DNA of 64,000 bases, taken from assembly GCF_009914755.1 (NCBI RefSeq), contig NC_060941.1; one strand, written 5' to 3'. This DNA comes from the human T2T-CHM13v2.0 reference genome, Homo sapiens. The position numbers were made by a program, and so were the translations under genes. Shown here one piece after another: positions 1-12,905 of the stretch. Numbering within the stretch: the stretch's first letter is position 1; every line of letters begins with the position of its first letter. The notes under the pieces are model-generated. The model searched no databases. It saw only the letters and a list, made by a program, of their open reading frames with translations, and was not told the origin of the DNA.

Positions 1-984
1 CTGAGGGTTAGCCAAGCCAGTGGGGACTACCCCAGACCACTGTGGAGTCCCAGCTAGAGTGAGGAAGATAAGATAGCCACAGTCTTCCTGCAAAGGGAAG
101 AATTGAGGGAGGCAGATATGCATACTGCCAGGTGTATGCCAGAGGGAAGAGGTTGAGATAGGGAGGTTAGAGGGAAAAGTCTGCTAGGAGCTACTGCCAG
201 GCTGTTGCCTCTGAAGTCTTCACACCTGCTTATAGCCATAGTCTCCAGTGCTCGCCTGGACAGAGGGGAGGAAAAGAGGCCCCTTAGCCCAAAACTAGAA
301 CCAGCAGATGGAGGCTGGGTGACCAGAAGAGGCTATCCTGAGGCAAGCCTAACCCAAGGCTTTTCTCACCTATGACATTTGTGAGGTCCAGTGGTGACCA
401 TACATCCCAGTCTATGCCTGCTGTCCTGGCATCATGATTAATTGTGCCCTTTCACTCTCAAAAGTGTCCCAGCTTAGACAATTAATTACATGGCAACAGA
501 GAAGGGGTGGGACTGGGGGCAGCACGACGTGTTGTCTGGCAGCTAATAAGTCTGGGGAATTCCAGGAAATCCTGCCTCTCTGCACAAATCCACAATGACC
601 CAGCCGTTGGTCTGGGGGTCAGGACAAGGGTGGGAGAGAGAAAGCTGTGCTTCACCTGGTTTCCCAGGAGCACTGAGTGGAGGGGCAGGGAAGGGAGAAA
701 GGAAGGCCCTAATGAAGATCCCTAGCCCCCATGATCTTCCAGCAGAGCCTCCGGGAACCCAGCACCATCCTCATCTCTGCCAGCCCTGGCTGCTCATCCG
801 CATGGAGGGGGCCACAGGGGCTCTAGACAAGGAGTCAGGACACCAGGGTCCTCACCTCCTGCCTGTCCATCCCCACTCCCAGCTCTGCCAGTGACCAAAT
901 CATTTTCTGACTTTGAGCCCCAATCCCAGCCAAGGCAGGGGGAAGACAGGTCACGTCCACCCATCTCCCAGAGCAGCACCTTAC

Positions 985-1044
985 CCCAGCTTCAGTCCTG
1001 TCCTCAGGGACAGAATTCCCTTGCCATCCCAGTGAACGGTCCAT
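985..1044 (-). CDS. SEPTIN4: Septin-4 alternative first coding exon (MDRSLGWQGNSVPEDRTEAG)
   Basis: ATG at 1044-1042, 20 codons, then donor GGG|gtaagg (phase 0). The peptide matches the recalled N-terminus of canonical 478-aa SEPT4. The shared downstream exons are outside the window. Confidence 0.93.
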
Positions 1045-1330
1045 GTCCCACGCTTCAGACTCCCTGTCAGAAAGCTCTAGGTCTAATTTTATCTCCCAGG
1101 CAAAGTTCCTCACACACAGAAACAGCCTTGTTTTGATGCTGTTGTTGTCTGGCTTCCTGGCTTGCTCCTTTCCCTTTCTCTTTGACCCCCTTCTGTCTCT
1201 GGCAGGGGCCAAAAAAGCCTGTGGAATGTCCTTCCCCACCCCTCTTCTCCTCCCCTTCCCTTGGCTCCCACCCTCCAAGGACAGCTCAGCTGCAGCAGGA
1301 TCACTTGGTTCCTCTGCAGTCCCCTCCTCC

Positions 1331-1342
1331 TCTGATTGGCTG
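1331..1342 (-). promoter_or_regulatory. CCAAT box (NF-Y type) upstream of the MDRS exon
   Basis: CAGCCAATCAGA on the minus strand, about 290 bp upstream of the ATG. Motif match only. Confidence 0.4.
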
Positions 1343-3499
1343 TCCCATGACGCCTGCCTGCTGCCTACCCTGGTGGGCACAGCACCAACCTCCCAATGTC
1401 TGTTTGCAGCCAGGCTTTTGATCCATTTGACCTCTCCTGTTAACCCCCAAGGACACTGTGGCCTGTATGAGGACTATGAGCTATCCCCAAGTGACCTGGC
1501 CCATCAGCACATGAGGACAGCCACCTAGGATACCCATTCCCAAAGGATTTCAATCCCCCAGTCTCTCTTTCACCTTAACTTTAAGCAGTGCTGGAGTAGG
1601 TGAGATGTCCTATACTCCCCCATATAGGTTTTCGTGGGAATGGTCCCACACTTCTTCCCAAGTGTTCATTTGTTTTTTTTTTTTTTCCTGTGAGGAACGT
1701 CACTGTTTCAGAAATCTGCTCCTAAATTTCCCTGCAGGGAGCATCAGCCACAGAGAAGACTTTGCTCCAGGGACTCCCCTTACCCTAGGACACCTGACCT
1801 CTGACTTATAGCAACCTGTATCAATTAGATCACTCCATGGCTTCCATAGTGTCAACAGGGGAGCTGTTAGCACTTGGTCTCTGAGGAGCACGGGTTCAAG
1901 GCAATGGGAGGCTGGCAGCCCAGAAGCTTCAGAGCTGCCATTTAGGTGGGAGATAAATTAAGGGGCCTGGTTGGAAGTGTGCACTCAACTAGGGGTCAGG
2001 GGTCCACTGTTTCTGGTTGGGTGGAAACATCTTTTGTGAGTCTGGATAGTGTCTTAATTTGAGGACCTTAATGTTCAGTTGTGAATGGCCCTTCCTTGCC
2101 TCCCAGCGAGGCTGGGGAGAGAAAGCACTCCCAGATGATAGATACCTTAAGCTGCTTTGAACCTGAGAAGAGAAGGTGCATCCCAAGTCACAGGATGGTC
2201 ATTAATGTTGGCCTGTCATTCTTTTCACATGTAAATTTAAACCCCCTGGCATACCTGGGTTGGGGGGGTCTCCCCCACTGATTCCCAAAGCAGCTAGGAC
2301 ACTGACCTCCTTTGACAAAGAGACCCTCATAGAGGAGTCTGATCTGAACCAGTCAGCCTAAGAACTTGGCTGGCTTGAGGGCAGGGGCCTGAGGATGGGG
2401 ACTTTGGTGATGGTGGTTGGGGTGGAGGGGGGTGTGTCTTTAATTAGAGAAGAACAGTGTGGCCTCGGACAAGCCGAAAGCACCAAGACCTCAGCTGAAC
2501 TGAAGTTAGTGTGTGGCAGAAAAAGCCCCTCTAGCCCCTGCTGGGCTTGGCACTGGGGACAATCAGTGCTTCCCTAGGCTTCCATCCCTAGAACAATCAG
2601 TCCATCCATCCACCATGTGGGGAGAAGTGGGGGAAAGGAATAAGGACAGGCCTCTCTCAGGAACCCCCGTTGGGGGAAGGTCACAGGGTCACCAAGACTT
2701 CCTGGCCAAGGCTTGGGCCTCTGCCTGGACACAGCTTGAGAGACAAGAGCCCAAAAGGTTGGCCCTACCAAACCTGAAAGCTTCTGATCCCAGGGGGCCC
2801 AGGGAGCTCCCTTCTGGAGGCTGCCCACAGCCAACATCCCGCCCCACAGGCTGGTCAGTGATCCCCCCCTGCTGTAAACAGTTTGTGTCCCCCAATGCAG
2901 AGGGCAAAGGCTGTGGGGCTTCCAGACTGAGAGGAGAGGACGGTGTGTGGCCTAGAGGTCCTGACACCCTTATGTTATTTGTGGCAGGCTCTGGCAACAA
3001 TGTCAGGAGAAGAGATTACATCTTCAGAGCCAAGCATCAAAAACTTCCTACCTGGGCACCTCCAGGGAGGCTGGCTGGGGTTACTGTTTCTCTTCCCACT
3101 ACAGGCAGGTGGCAGGGATGGGTGCCCCCACCCCCACACACTGCAGAGGGACCTGGCTGGTGGGGAGGGAGCGGGTAGATGCAGCAGGAGGAAGCTTTCC
3201 CATGGTTCCTGTCCCAGGGGCAGAAGGATATAGCTAATCCCACCGGGCAGGATGGTGGGCTGGGCCTCCCCCTCTCTGGGGTCCCTTTGGGAAAGGGCCA
3301 GGGACTGCCCCTTGTCAGGCTGAGGGAAGGAGGGGCCAAGCGTCTTACCATCCCTCCTGGTGAGGCAGGCAGTGTTTGTGGGCCTCCTCTGCGTTTTCCA
3401 AATGAAGTTGGTACTGGCCCCTGTGCCCAGGGTAGGTGGGTGAGGAGGGGTTACTCAGGTAAAAGCTGACCCAGGCGAGGATGGGGACCCTCACCTCCG

Positions 3500-4320
3500 C
3501 TTATTACTGATGCGCCTTCCCCAGCCCAACAAGCGCGTCTCCACCAGCGGGCACCTCCCTCAGCACGGACCCACCCCTTCGTCCTAGAGCGCAGGCATCA
3601 CCCAGGGGTTGGCGCCCACTCCGTGGCTGCTCAGAGGGAAAAACTTGGGAGCAGCGACGCACCGCCGCCCGGCAGCAGTGCCAGCCTGTGCCCGGGGCCG
3701 GCGACGGCGCCTCCCACCCTGCACAGCCGCGGCTGCGGTGCCGCGGGTCCCCTTGCAGCCGCCCGGGAGCGACCGGCCCTGCGCACCCCAGCCCTGCCCC
3801 GCGCCCGCCCGCCTGCCTGCCTGCCTTACCATGGCTGCAGCCCGGGCGGGGCCGGCTCCGCCTGGACAGCGCCCGAGCGACCCGCGGCGGAGCTGCGCGC
3901 CGACCTCGCAGCACCGCCGTCACCCTCCCGCCTCCCCGAGTGCGGACCGCTGCGGGAGGGGCCCGGCGGCGGGGGCGGAGCGAGTCGGCCCCGGGGCGGG
4001 GCCTGTACCTCAGCTGCTAGCGGTGCCGGCGCAAAGTGGGTCGGGGTGCCCAGCTGGGGGCCGGCCTCGCAGCCCGCGACCCCCGGATGCGCAGAGTATG
4101 CAGAGTCACCCAGGACAGAGCGGGGAGCCTCAGCTCCTCGTCCCCGGGCTGCACTGGACACCTGGCTCTTTTTTACTCAGCTCCAGAAGCACCGCGGGGG
4201 CTTGAGCCAGTTCCCAAAGAAAAAGGAACGGCCCACCTGACATCCCCAGAAGGAGACGCCTTTGGAAGGGAGGGGGAGTTGCTGCATGAGTTGGAGAGAA
4301 ACCATTAGTTACCGCAGGGA
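3500..4320. promoter_or_regulatory. SEPTIN4: CpG island promoter of SEPTIN4
   Basis: Very high GC and CpG density with GC boxes (GGGGCGGGG near 3992-4001); the only island in the window. Edges approximate. Confidence 0.88.
3830..3832 (-). CDS. SEPTIN4: Start-codon-only first exon (M of the MIKRFLED... isoforms, including ARTS)
   Basis: GCAGCC ATG|gtaagg: Kozak-like context followed directly by a consensus donor, inside the CpG island. Confidence 0.8.
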
Positions 4321-7300
4321 TTCAACAAGGTTTTCACAAAGTGAATCCGGCTGATGCCCAAGTTACTGATCACTACACCTCCTAAAGGGGAATGTCAGAT
4401 ATTCTCCACCTCCACCCGAGCTGTGAAGGGGCAGGTTAGAGGCAGGTTCCCTTCATGCAGTACCCCAGATTACAGATTAAAGAGGATTTGCTGCACAAAT
4501 TATCCAGGGATCATCTGCTGGAAGGATAGAAGGGAGAGGCTGAGTGGCTTTAACAGGGCGGTGTAGCCTTGCCTGTGGCTGAGGACAGTGGGGAGGGCCT
4601 CAGGAGAGGCCAACCCAGGCGTGACCCAGGCCCAGCTGGGCCACTCTTCCTCTGACAAGCAGGTGAGATGCCGAGGGGACAGATGCCCCAGAAGCTTTAG
4701 AGGCATTAGAGGCTCAGAAAGGTCAGAGCAGCAGCTAGGGGAAGGCAGATGCTTGGTGAGTGGGGTGTTGGTGAGGGATTCCCTGAGCTAAGTAGGGTCT
4801 GAGCTGGTCAGGCTCCTGTGGAAGTTTCCAGAAGCATGTCCCTTCCTGACCCGCAAGACCCCTCTCTCAATGGCAGGCTGACTGGCTTCTGCCTGAATAC
4901 ACTCTGGACAAAACTGAGACCCACAGGCACGGCCCTCTCTGTTGGTAGAAGTGCCAGAGGCCTGCCTGCTGTATTTCAGTCTGACCTGTGAACCAGTAGC
5001 ACTGGTTGGGACCAGTCAGAACTCAGCCAGGGGAGGGAAGAGGGCCTGGGGCAGCAGGTAAGATCAGGCTGAGAAAAACAATGGGGCTGCTACTGGAGAT
5101 GTTATTGGCTGTTTGGCACTGGTGGACTGGAAGATGGCAGGGTGTTCATGAGCCAGCCGGTTGAGGAGAAACCTTCCTAGCTGGGTGGCCTTGAGCAACT
5201 TACTTCACCTGTCAGGGTCTCAATTTCCATACCTGAAAATGAGGGGATTAAACTAGATGATTTCTAAGCTTCCTTACAGCTCTGGCCTTCTAAAAGTGGA
5301 TGCAGTGGGGGAAGGAGGATATGCTGTATGCTACTATAGGCCTTGGAGGAAGATAAGAGAACAAGGCAGCAGCAGGAGGTGCTGGAGAAAGGTTGGACAT
5401 GCAGTGATTCAGGAGAGGGCCCAGGATCTGAGTGAAGGGGGAGGACGTGTAGGATGGGGGCAGCAGCTTGGGTTCCCTGAAAGGGAACCTCTAAAGGTAC
5501 AGAGAGGCTCCCGGAAAAGACCTGGGGTAGATCAGGGGATCGGAAGCTGTACTCAGGAAAACAAAGACATAAAGAGAGAAACCAATGGCAGTTGGAAGTC
5601 TGCAGAAGCAGCAGCTGCTGCTACCATCAGCCCCAAATGTCAAGCTTGGACTATACAAAGCCCCACTGTTCAAAGCCCTGGGCCTCCAATACTCATGTAT
5701 GCACTCTAAGAATACCTCTTGCGTGCTTCCAGAGTCCTGTGGCCTAGGGTAAGGAGAAAGCCTACATCAGGGAAGACAGGCCCCAGCAGAAACCCTTGTT
5801 TTCCTCTATTATAACATGCCCCTCCCCGTGGCCTCAGCTGAATTCCAAGTGTGGACACAGACACATTTCAAAAGGCAGCTCAACCAGCTCATCCTCAGCT
5901 GTGGCTGGAATCCCAGCTCTTCTCTGGCACCTGCTGCCCAGGCAGCAGGTTGGTACCAGCTTGCCTTGAGGAAAGTGAGGCCCCAAGCAAGTCCTGGGAC
6001 CACGGAACTTAGCTCTAAGCCAAGAATATTGGGGTCTAATCTCTTTCTAATCACTGTACCACAGGCCTAACATGAGGCATGCTGGGTGAAATAAAAGCTG
6101 AAGACTGACTTTGAGCCATCCCACCTGCACAAGCCCTGCATGCTAACCTACTGCAGCATTCGGAGAGCTCTGAGAGAACTTGGCCTGGGCACAAGTCCCA
6201 TGCCAACTTGGCTATTATCTCACTGCCTGAAAGTCCCTTGCCCTCTCTGGGCCTCTGTTTCCCCCACTGAAAGAGAAGACTGGACTTCTCCCAAGTCTAG
6301 CTCTTACATTCTGTGTGATGGAGGCAGGGTCTAATACCTGCAGGGCCAAGATACAGCAGCCCTTGCGTCAGTCACTGGCGATTTACCGAGTGCTCTTCCT
6401 CATCTCCAGCCAGCAGGTGGCCTGGCCCACTCTGCTTCAGCATGGCTTAACTCTTGGAGCGCTAGTTCTCCCTCAAAATTCAACATCCCACCAGGCATTG
6501 ATGGCCTTGACTACAGTACAACTCCCCAGGCACTGCTAGGGCATGGTATCTGAGCCAAGTGTCTAGGGGAGTGTCTAGCTGGGAAACTCAGCTCAGCCAC
6601 CATAGCTCTAGCCTGCTGTCTTGGGCTCCGTTGCTTAGGTCAGGCCAACATGATATGTCCTGGCCCCCTCCACTAGGTCTTTCCTGCCCACCCATAGGTG
6701 CAGGTTGTATGGCACAGGACCTAAGCAAGGAGGCTGCATGTGGGCCATCCCAGGGCCCAGGTTCAAAGCCGATAATAAAGAGCAATTACCACAGGAAATC
6801 AGGATTTCAGATCTGCATGACTAGCAATGGCCACTTCTGCCTTTCAGTAGCTAAGTTTCCCTAAAGTGGCGCAAGAACTAATTGTACATCCCTTCCCCAG
6901 TGAGATAGATGAGTCACTGACGATACAGTCAGAGAGTCCTTGGACCAAAGGCTATCACTGGGTTGTGTCTTTCAAGGAAACCTCAGCAAGTCTGTCCAAC
7001 AAGGTCTGTGGTGGACAAAGGCAATAAACCAAAATACATTAAGCCCAAATCTTCCCCCAGCTGCTGCCATGTGTCCCATGATCCTGGGGGCAGGCATAAG
7101 GTGTGGGTGGCAAGGCTGGGGAACACTGTGTTTCCTGGCACCTGCTGAATGGCTGCAAAGAGGGGCAGTTCCAGAGCTGGCAGGGTGCTAGAAGCCAGCC
7201 ACTCTGATAGGGCAGACAGTCCTTCCAACACCCTCCGTGAACAGGGCAGGGCCATAGGAGCTCAGGGTTGGAAAGGACTTACAAACCTCCTAATGTGACT

Positions 7301-9418
7301 ACTCACCAGATGTCTGAAGGCTCCCCTGCCTTCCCAGCCTCTGCTCGAATACATACCTCCGATGGCCAAAAATTCACTGATTCTAACAACTGCCCTTCAA
7401 CCTTTGGGCTGCCAAGTTACCAAAGTCTTCACTATACTGAGCCAAAATCTGTCTTTCCCTGGCTTTTACCCTCCATATGCCTCCATGCTGGAAGCTTTGC
7501 TGACTCATTTCATTGGACTTTGCTTTGTCCTTTGATGTCCACACCCTTTCAAGTGACCCATCTGTATACTTTTCTCTACCAAATTCACCACAAGCTCCTC
7601 AAGGGCAGGGAGTATGTCTTTTCTTTTAACCTCTGCTCACTTCAAATCAGCAAACATGTGATGTGATGTTTTTCTGGGTGTCCAGGCCTCTGCCCCCAGG
7701 AGATGGCTGATCAATATGGATTGACTAAAAGGACTCATTGATTAGTTTTCCATTCTGATTTTAGAGCCCAGACAAGCCTTGAGGCTCTGCGCTTCATTGA
7801 CCCTTCACTTGCCCTTCATCCTGGCTGCTCACAAGCTCACACCCACCTCCCAGCCCCGTGGTTCACATACAAAGACACAGATGTTACTCTCACTAAAACC
7901 TTTCCCTTCACAATTCTTGATATCTAAAGGTGCTGCTGAAATATTGAGAAGTATTTTCCAGGGAGACGTGGCTATAGAAGAAGGGTTTCTATACCATATA
8001 GTTGACTCCCTGGGACAGACTGCTCCTTAAAATGCTTCCAGCTTTGATGAACAAACTCTGAGCCTCAATTTCTTCATCTGTGAAATAGGGAGAATAAATC
8101 CACTCATAGGTTACTATGAAAACCCACTAATGCACTTAACATGATCACTAAATGAATGGTAGCTATTATCTCCATTAATAAGAAAATTATCAACATCAAA
8201 CCAGTAACTGTCAACTGTGACTATTTCAAATGCCTTCCCTCCAAAGGATTTGGAGTGTGCATGTGTAATAGGTGTAGAGAGATGGGAGGACAGAGAATAC
8301 CAGAGTAATGCCTTAGATTAAATTGACATTGGAATGACCAAGCCGCCACCACCTGTGGAGTCAGCTTCTCCAGCTAGACACCATCTCTAGAAAGCTGGTG
8401 CTTGGTCTCAGACCTACCGACCCAAATTCCCAGAAACAGCCACTGTGGAGACCTCTGGAACTAGATGACTTTGCCGGCAGTGGGTGTGCCAAGGAAGCGA
8501 CACCCACAGTGTCAGCCTGAGCTTCCCTCAGGAACTGCCTCACATTCTGTCCCCCTCCTCCAGGCTTCATTCAGCCCCCAAGGTGCAGCTGTCTCCTGCT
8601 GCTCCCCTAACAGCAGCTGAGCCAAAGGCAGCTGAGCAGAGGAGGGTGAGGGGACATGGCCATTTCTGCCTCTCAGGACAGCCTTCCTCTGGCTGAGCAC
8701 CTGTCAGGGTGGCTCCTGGGTTACAGATTTACTTCCTCACCCAAGTATGCACCCTGGCCTCTGAAGCCAAGCTCCCTAATCTACCCAGGCCCACTGTTTC
8801 TGTTACTTGGAAAATCCACCATTTCAAACAGCACCAAACTACTCTGCAGAAAGATGTGATGTTGGAGATGGGTTTCAGTCACCACACACCTTCTGAAAAT
8901 ACACCAAAAAGTCCACAATGGATGTGGCAGATTCTTCCCTATGTGGGACTATTCTGGGCAAAACAAAGAACTAAGGGAGTCTGGCCTCAGCTCTGCTATC
9001 AAGTCTGAGAGAAAAGCATTGTATATTCCTGCCCCCATTTTATAGGCAGAGGGAGTAACCTGCCCAGGTCTCACTGTGAAGCCAGGACATTGTTCCCTCT
9101 GTGCTTCCAGGCAGACTGCACCACAGCTTGTATTAGGTGACCACCTGTCCTGGTCTGCCCAGGATTGAGGGGGTTCTTGAGACATGTGACTTTCAGTGCT
9201 AAAACCAGCAAAGTCCCAGGCAAACCCTGATGAGTTGGTCAACTTACCCTGTCCCCAGGTTAGCAAGTCTTAGCCAGAGGCCACCAGCCTTCCATCCTGC
9301 TCTGGAATTGGCTGCCCATGGTAGCTGGAAATGAACAGGGTGCCATCTGACAGGGTAAGATGCTTGCTTCCTAAGAAGCTGTGCAACAATGGTCAAACTG
9401 CTATAAAAATCCTCCCAA

Positions 9419-9963
<545 letters not shown>

Positions 9964-10980
9964 GCGAGGGAGGGTTCCTTTCACATAGCCCATGACCTAG
10001 GATTCTGTGAACATCCTCATGAATGTGGAAACTCCCTGAGTTCCTCAGAGGCTTTGGATTTCGCTTTGTAAAGGAAGCCAACCTGAGCAAAATGTCCCTG
10101 TGATTCAAAAGCCAACAGGAGGCTGATCATCCCATCCCTTCAGGGTCACATGACATGTCATCCAAAAGACACTGAGGTCTGCCTTAAGTATCAGTGAGAT
10201 GGCCTCCTCTGATTCCTGGCCTATTTTCCAGAGTTGGTTTCTTGCATAATTGATAGAGCAGAGAGTAAACCACCTTGCCCTATGACAGCCTGAGAAGTCA
10301 CATTTAAGGATGAGTAGGTCAGATGCCTTGAGGACACAGGATCTTGGGGCTAACACACCCTGTCCATCAAAGGCATTGCAGCCCCTCCCATCAGAACTGC
10401 TTTATTTCCAGGAAATCCCCAGGGCTATGTGAGAAGGCAGCCCCCAGTGACCCATTAGGGCACCCTCAGGACCTTCCTGTTGAGCTTTTGCTAGTTCTGA
10501 TCCCAAAAAAAAACCCATCAGGAATGCTTCCCTTAGTCCAGCATAACCTCCTCTGGGGAGACTCCTGCCCCTAATGTCCCAATCCAAGGATGAGAAGCAT
10601 CTGTCCACCCCATTCCTTAGACAAAAGGGCTTTGAGGGGCCATTTGGGAAGGGACTGACACTTAAAGAGATGGGCTGAATCAGGCCCCATCCCCAGCTGT
10701 TCACCCAGAGAGGCTTGTGAAGCTCAACAACAAACATGATGCCTTCCACAAGCCAGGCATCGTGGCCAGGCCACCAGAGAATTCCTGCCAGGAATGGAAT
10801 CTGGAACAGACTCTATGGTCAACCATTCCCAGATCAGAGGAATCAGAGGCCTTGGACACCAGCACCACAGCGTCTCCATCCTGAGGCTGCATGGGGCCAT
10901 GCCGGCTGAGGGACAGGCCGGGGAGAGCCTAGCTCTCTCATGCATTAGAGAGCACCTGGCCCATCTCCATGCCATCCTAC

Positions 10981-11077
10981 CTCCAGAGAGTCAGAGAAGA
11001 CCAGCAGCCCAGCTGCTTGGGAGCCTTCTTTTCTTGGCTTCTGGGGAGCAGCTCTGCTGCTGAACAGGGCTGGAGAG
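10981..11077 (-). CDS. SEPTIN4: 97-nt alternative SEPTIN4 exon (SPALFSSRAAPQKPRKEGSQAAGLLVFSDSLE)
   Basis: Acceptor aattacag|CTCTCC and donor GAG|gtagga. Joined to ATGAGGAG (12542-12535) it gives a 35-aa MRSSPALF... leader ending in phase 0, matching a recalled isoform. Confidence 0.75.
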
Positions 11078-11599
11078 CTGTAATTATCGAGACCGGATAA
11101 GAGCTATTTTAGGAAGGAGCCACCCTGTTGCCAAGGCTTTTGACTTCCTAAACTAAAACAAGATGCACAGAAAAAGGGGATGAAGGTGGGGGAGAACAGG
11201 GAGGAGCCTGCTCAGTCAAAAACATCAAATCTTGACTGAAGGGAAATATTAACCCCTTCCCAAAGGTACAGATTTGCATCTAGGGGTGAGCAAAAGGCTA
11301 GCTAAGACACCACCATCCCCTGGCTTTGGAAAGGAGGGCATAACCTGATCCGCTACCCATCTCCCTGCAGACTCCCTCTCTAAGACCCTCCAAGAGCACT
11401 TACTCAGCCTGTTCCATCTATTTTGACATTTGAGCACAAACTATTTCATATTGTTGTTTAAATGTTTCCTGTCTGTGTTTTATCTCCCCAACCACATGGC
11501 AAGTTTCTCAAGGCCAAGGAATGTGTGTGCTGTGAAACTTCAATTCTTCCCCTAAAAGTGCCTAGCAGAGTGCTAGGCAACTGAATAAAAATTGTTTAT

Positions 11600-11660
11600 G
11601 GAAGGAAGGGAGGGAGAGAGAGAGGAGGGAAGGAAGGAAGGGAGAAAGGGAGGGAGGGAC
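11600..11660 (+). repeat. GA-rich purine tract
   Basis: (GGAA/GGGA)-like run. Confidence 0.85.
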
Positions 11661-12534
11661 TTACTGTCTTGCATGGAGATAATCTCTGAAAGTAGCCACT
11701 CCCACCTATAGCTGAGCTCAGGGCATAAGGTTGGATAAGAACCCATGGCAGTGGCAGGTGGCAGCCTTGTTTCTGGTCACCTCCCCTTCAGCTGTTCCAT
11801 TATCTGAGCTTAGGCTGACCCCCACTATGCACTCATTTGTTTTCTATCTGTGGCCAACTGTCCATCCTGAGTCAGCCTATGAATGGGACCTATTAGAGGC
11901 CATTGCTAGGCTTTGGGTAATAGAGAAATATGGCAAGAGAAAATAATGGAAGTAGGAAGAGCTTTGACCATCTTATCAAACATGGGCCAAGAATAGCCAA
12001 AGTACTTATGGGAACAATGCAGCGAAATCAGGACACTGCCAAATCAGGACACGGGACTGCTGACAGCAGAGTCCACCTTGAGTTTTTCCAAGTTGAGGAC
12101 CCAAATAGTGTGTAACCCAAAAAAGCGACCCCTTTCTGGAATGCCCCAGGCTGAAAAGAGGAGAACCAGGTGGGGACTGATCCAACGGCTACCTAGACGG
12201 CCTTCCCACAGAGCACTTGGCAAGAGTCATCATCTGCCAAAAGGTCTCTGTTCTTTCTCGGACTGCAACTAGCTCATACAGTGCTTTTGTGCAAATCCCC
12301 CTCTGGGGAGATGCGGTTCCACAGGTGCACAGCTTGGCAAATGGAACACAGGTTATATTTCAGCCCCCCACTTGCCCCCTCTACCAGGTGCTCTTGTGCA
12401 GTGAACAATCTGCCCAACCATAGGGAGCAGCTCTGTCTCCCTCCATGCCCACTCCCATTACAGGACAGGAGATGGATTTGGATTGTGGGGTGGGCCCAGG
12501 AAGACTGGGAGTAACCTCCCAGGGGCATTCTTAC

Positions 12535-12542
12535 CTCCTCAT
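12535..12542 (-). CDS. SEPTIN4: 8-nt microexon ATGAGGAG linking the C17orf47 exons to the septin core
   Basis: ttctactctgttatgacag|ATGAGGAG|gtaaga. It converts phase 1 to phase 0 exactly as required (1561+45+8=1614 nt=538 codons). Confidence 0.8.
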
Positions 12543-12570
12543 CTGTCATAACAGAGTAGAAGCCAGGCAT
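12535..12570 (-). CDS. SEPTIN4: Alternative first coding exon MPGFYSVMTDEE
   Basis: ATG at 12570-12568, 12 codons, donor GAG|gtaaga (phase 0). Matches a recalled SEPT4 isoform N-terminus. Confidence 0.78.
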
Positions 12571-12709
12571 TCCCAGGGGGCAGCAAATGGAATTCAGAGA
12601 GTGCCAATAGGAGGAGAAAAAGAGAAATTTACTAAAGATGCCCAGTGGACTTGGGCAAACCTGGCCCAATCCCTTCCTAGTGCAAGTGGCCCAAACAACA
12701 GCAGCTAGT

Positions 12710-12905
12710 ATTTACTGAGTGCTCACTGTTGCCAAGCACCGTGCTAAGTGTTTTATTGGTAATAACTTGTAATAATCCTCACAATAACCCTAAGAGGGAG
12801 CCATTATTCTCAGTAACAGATGAGGAAACTGAGGCTTGGAGAGGTAAAATAACTTACCCAAGGTCACAGTCAGAAAATAGTGGACCCAGGGCCCAAATCC
12901 AGTTA
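12710..12905. mobile_element. MIR
   Basis: acagatgaggaaactgaggc...acttacccaaggtcacag core. Similar MIR fragments near 5180-5290, 8050-8170, 31540-31780 and 38000-38260. Confidence 0.75.

Noticed and set aside
835-1380. 181-aa minus ORF as a standalone gene
   Set aside because: Only the MDRS...EAG part is recognisable; the ORF begins at a non-ATG codon upstream of the CCAAT box.
2513-3178. 221-aa plus ORF
   Set aside because: Non-ATG start, GC-rich intronic DNA, no recognisable domain.
3504-4308. Several overlapping 100-205 aa ORFs on both strands
   Set aside because: Expected from stop-codon scarcity in a CpG island; low-complexity Pro/Ala/Arg/Gly content.
12570-12585. CTCF-like TTCCCAGGGGGCAG next to the MPGFY start
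   Set aside because: Mismatches at the conserved 5' positions; motif alone is insufficient.
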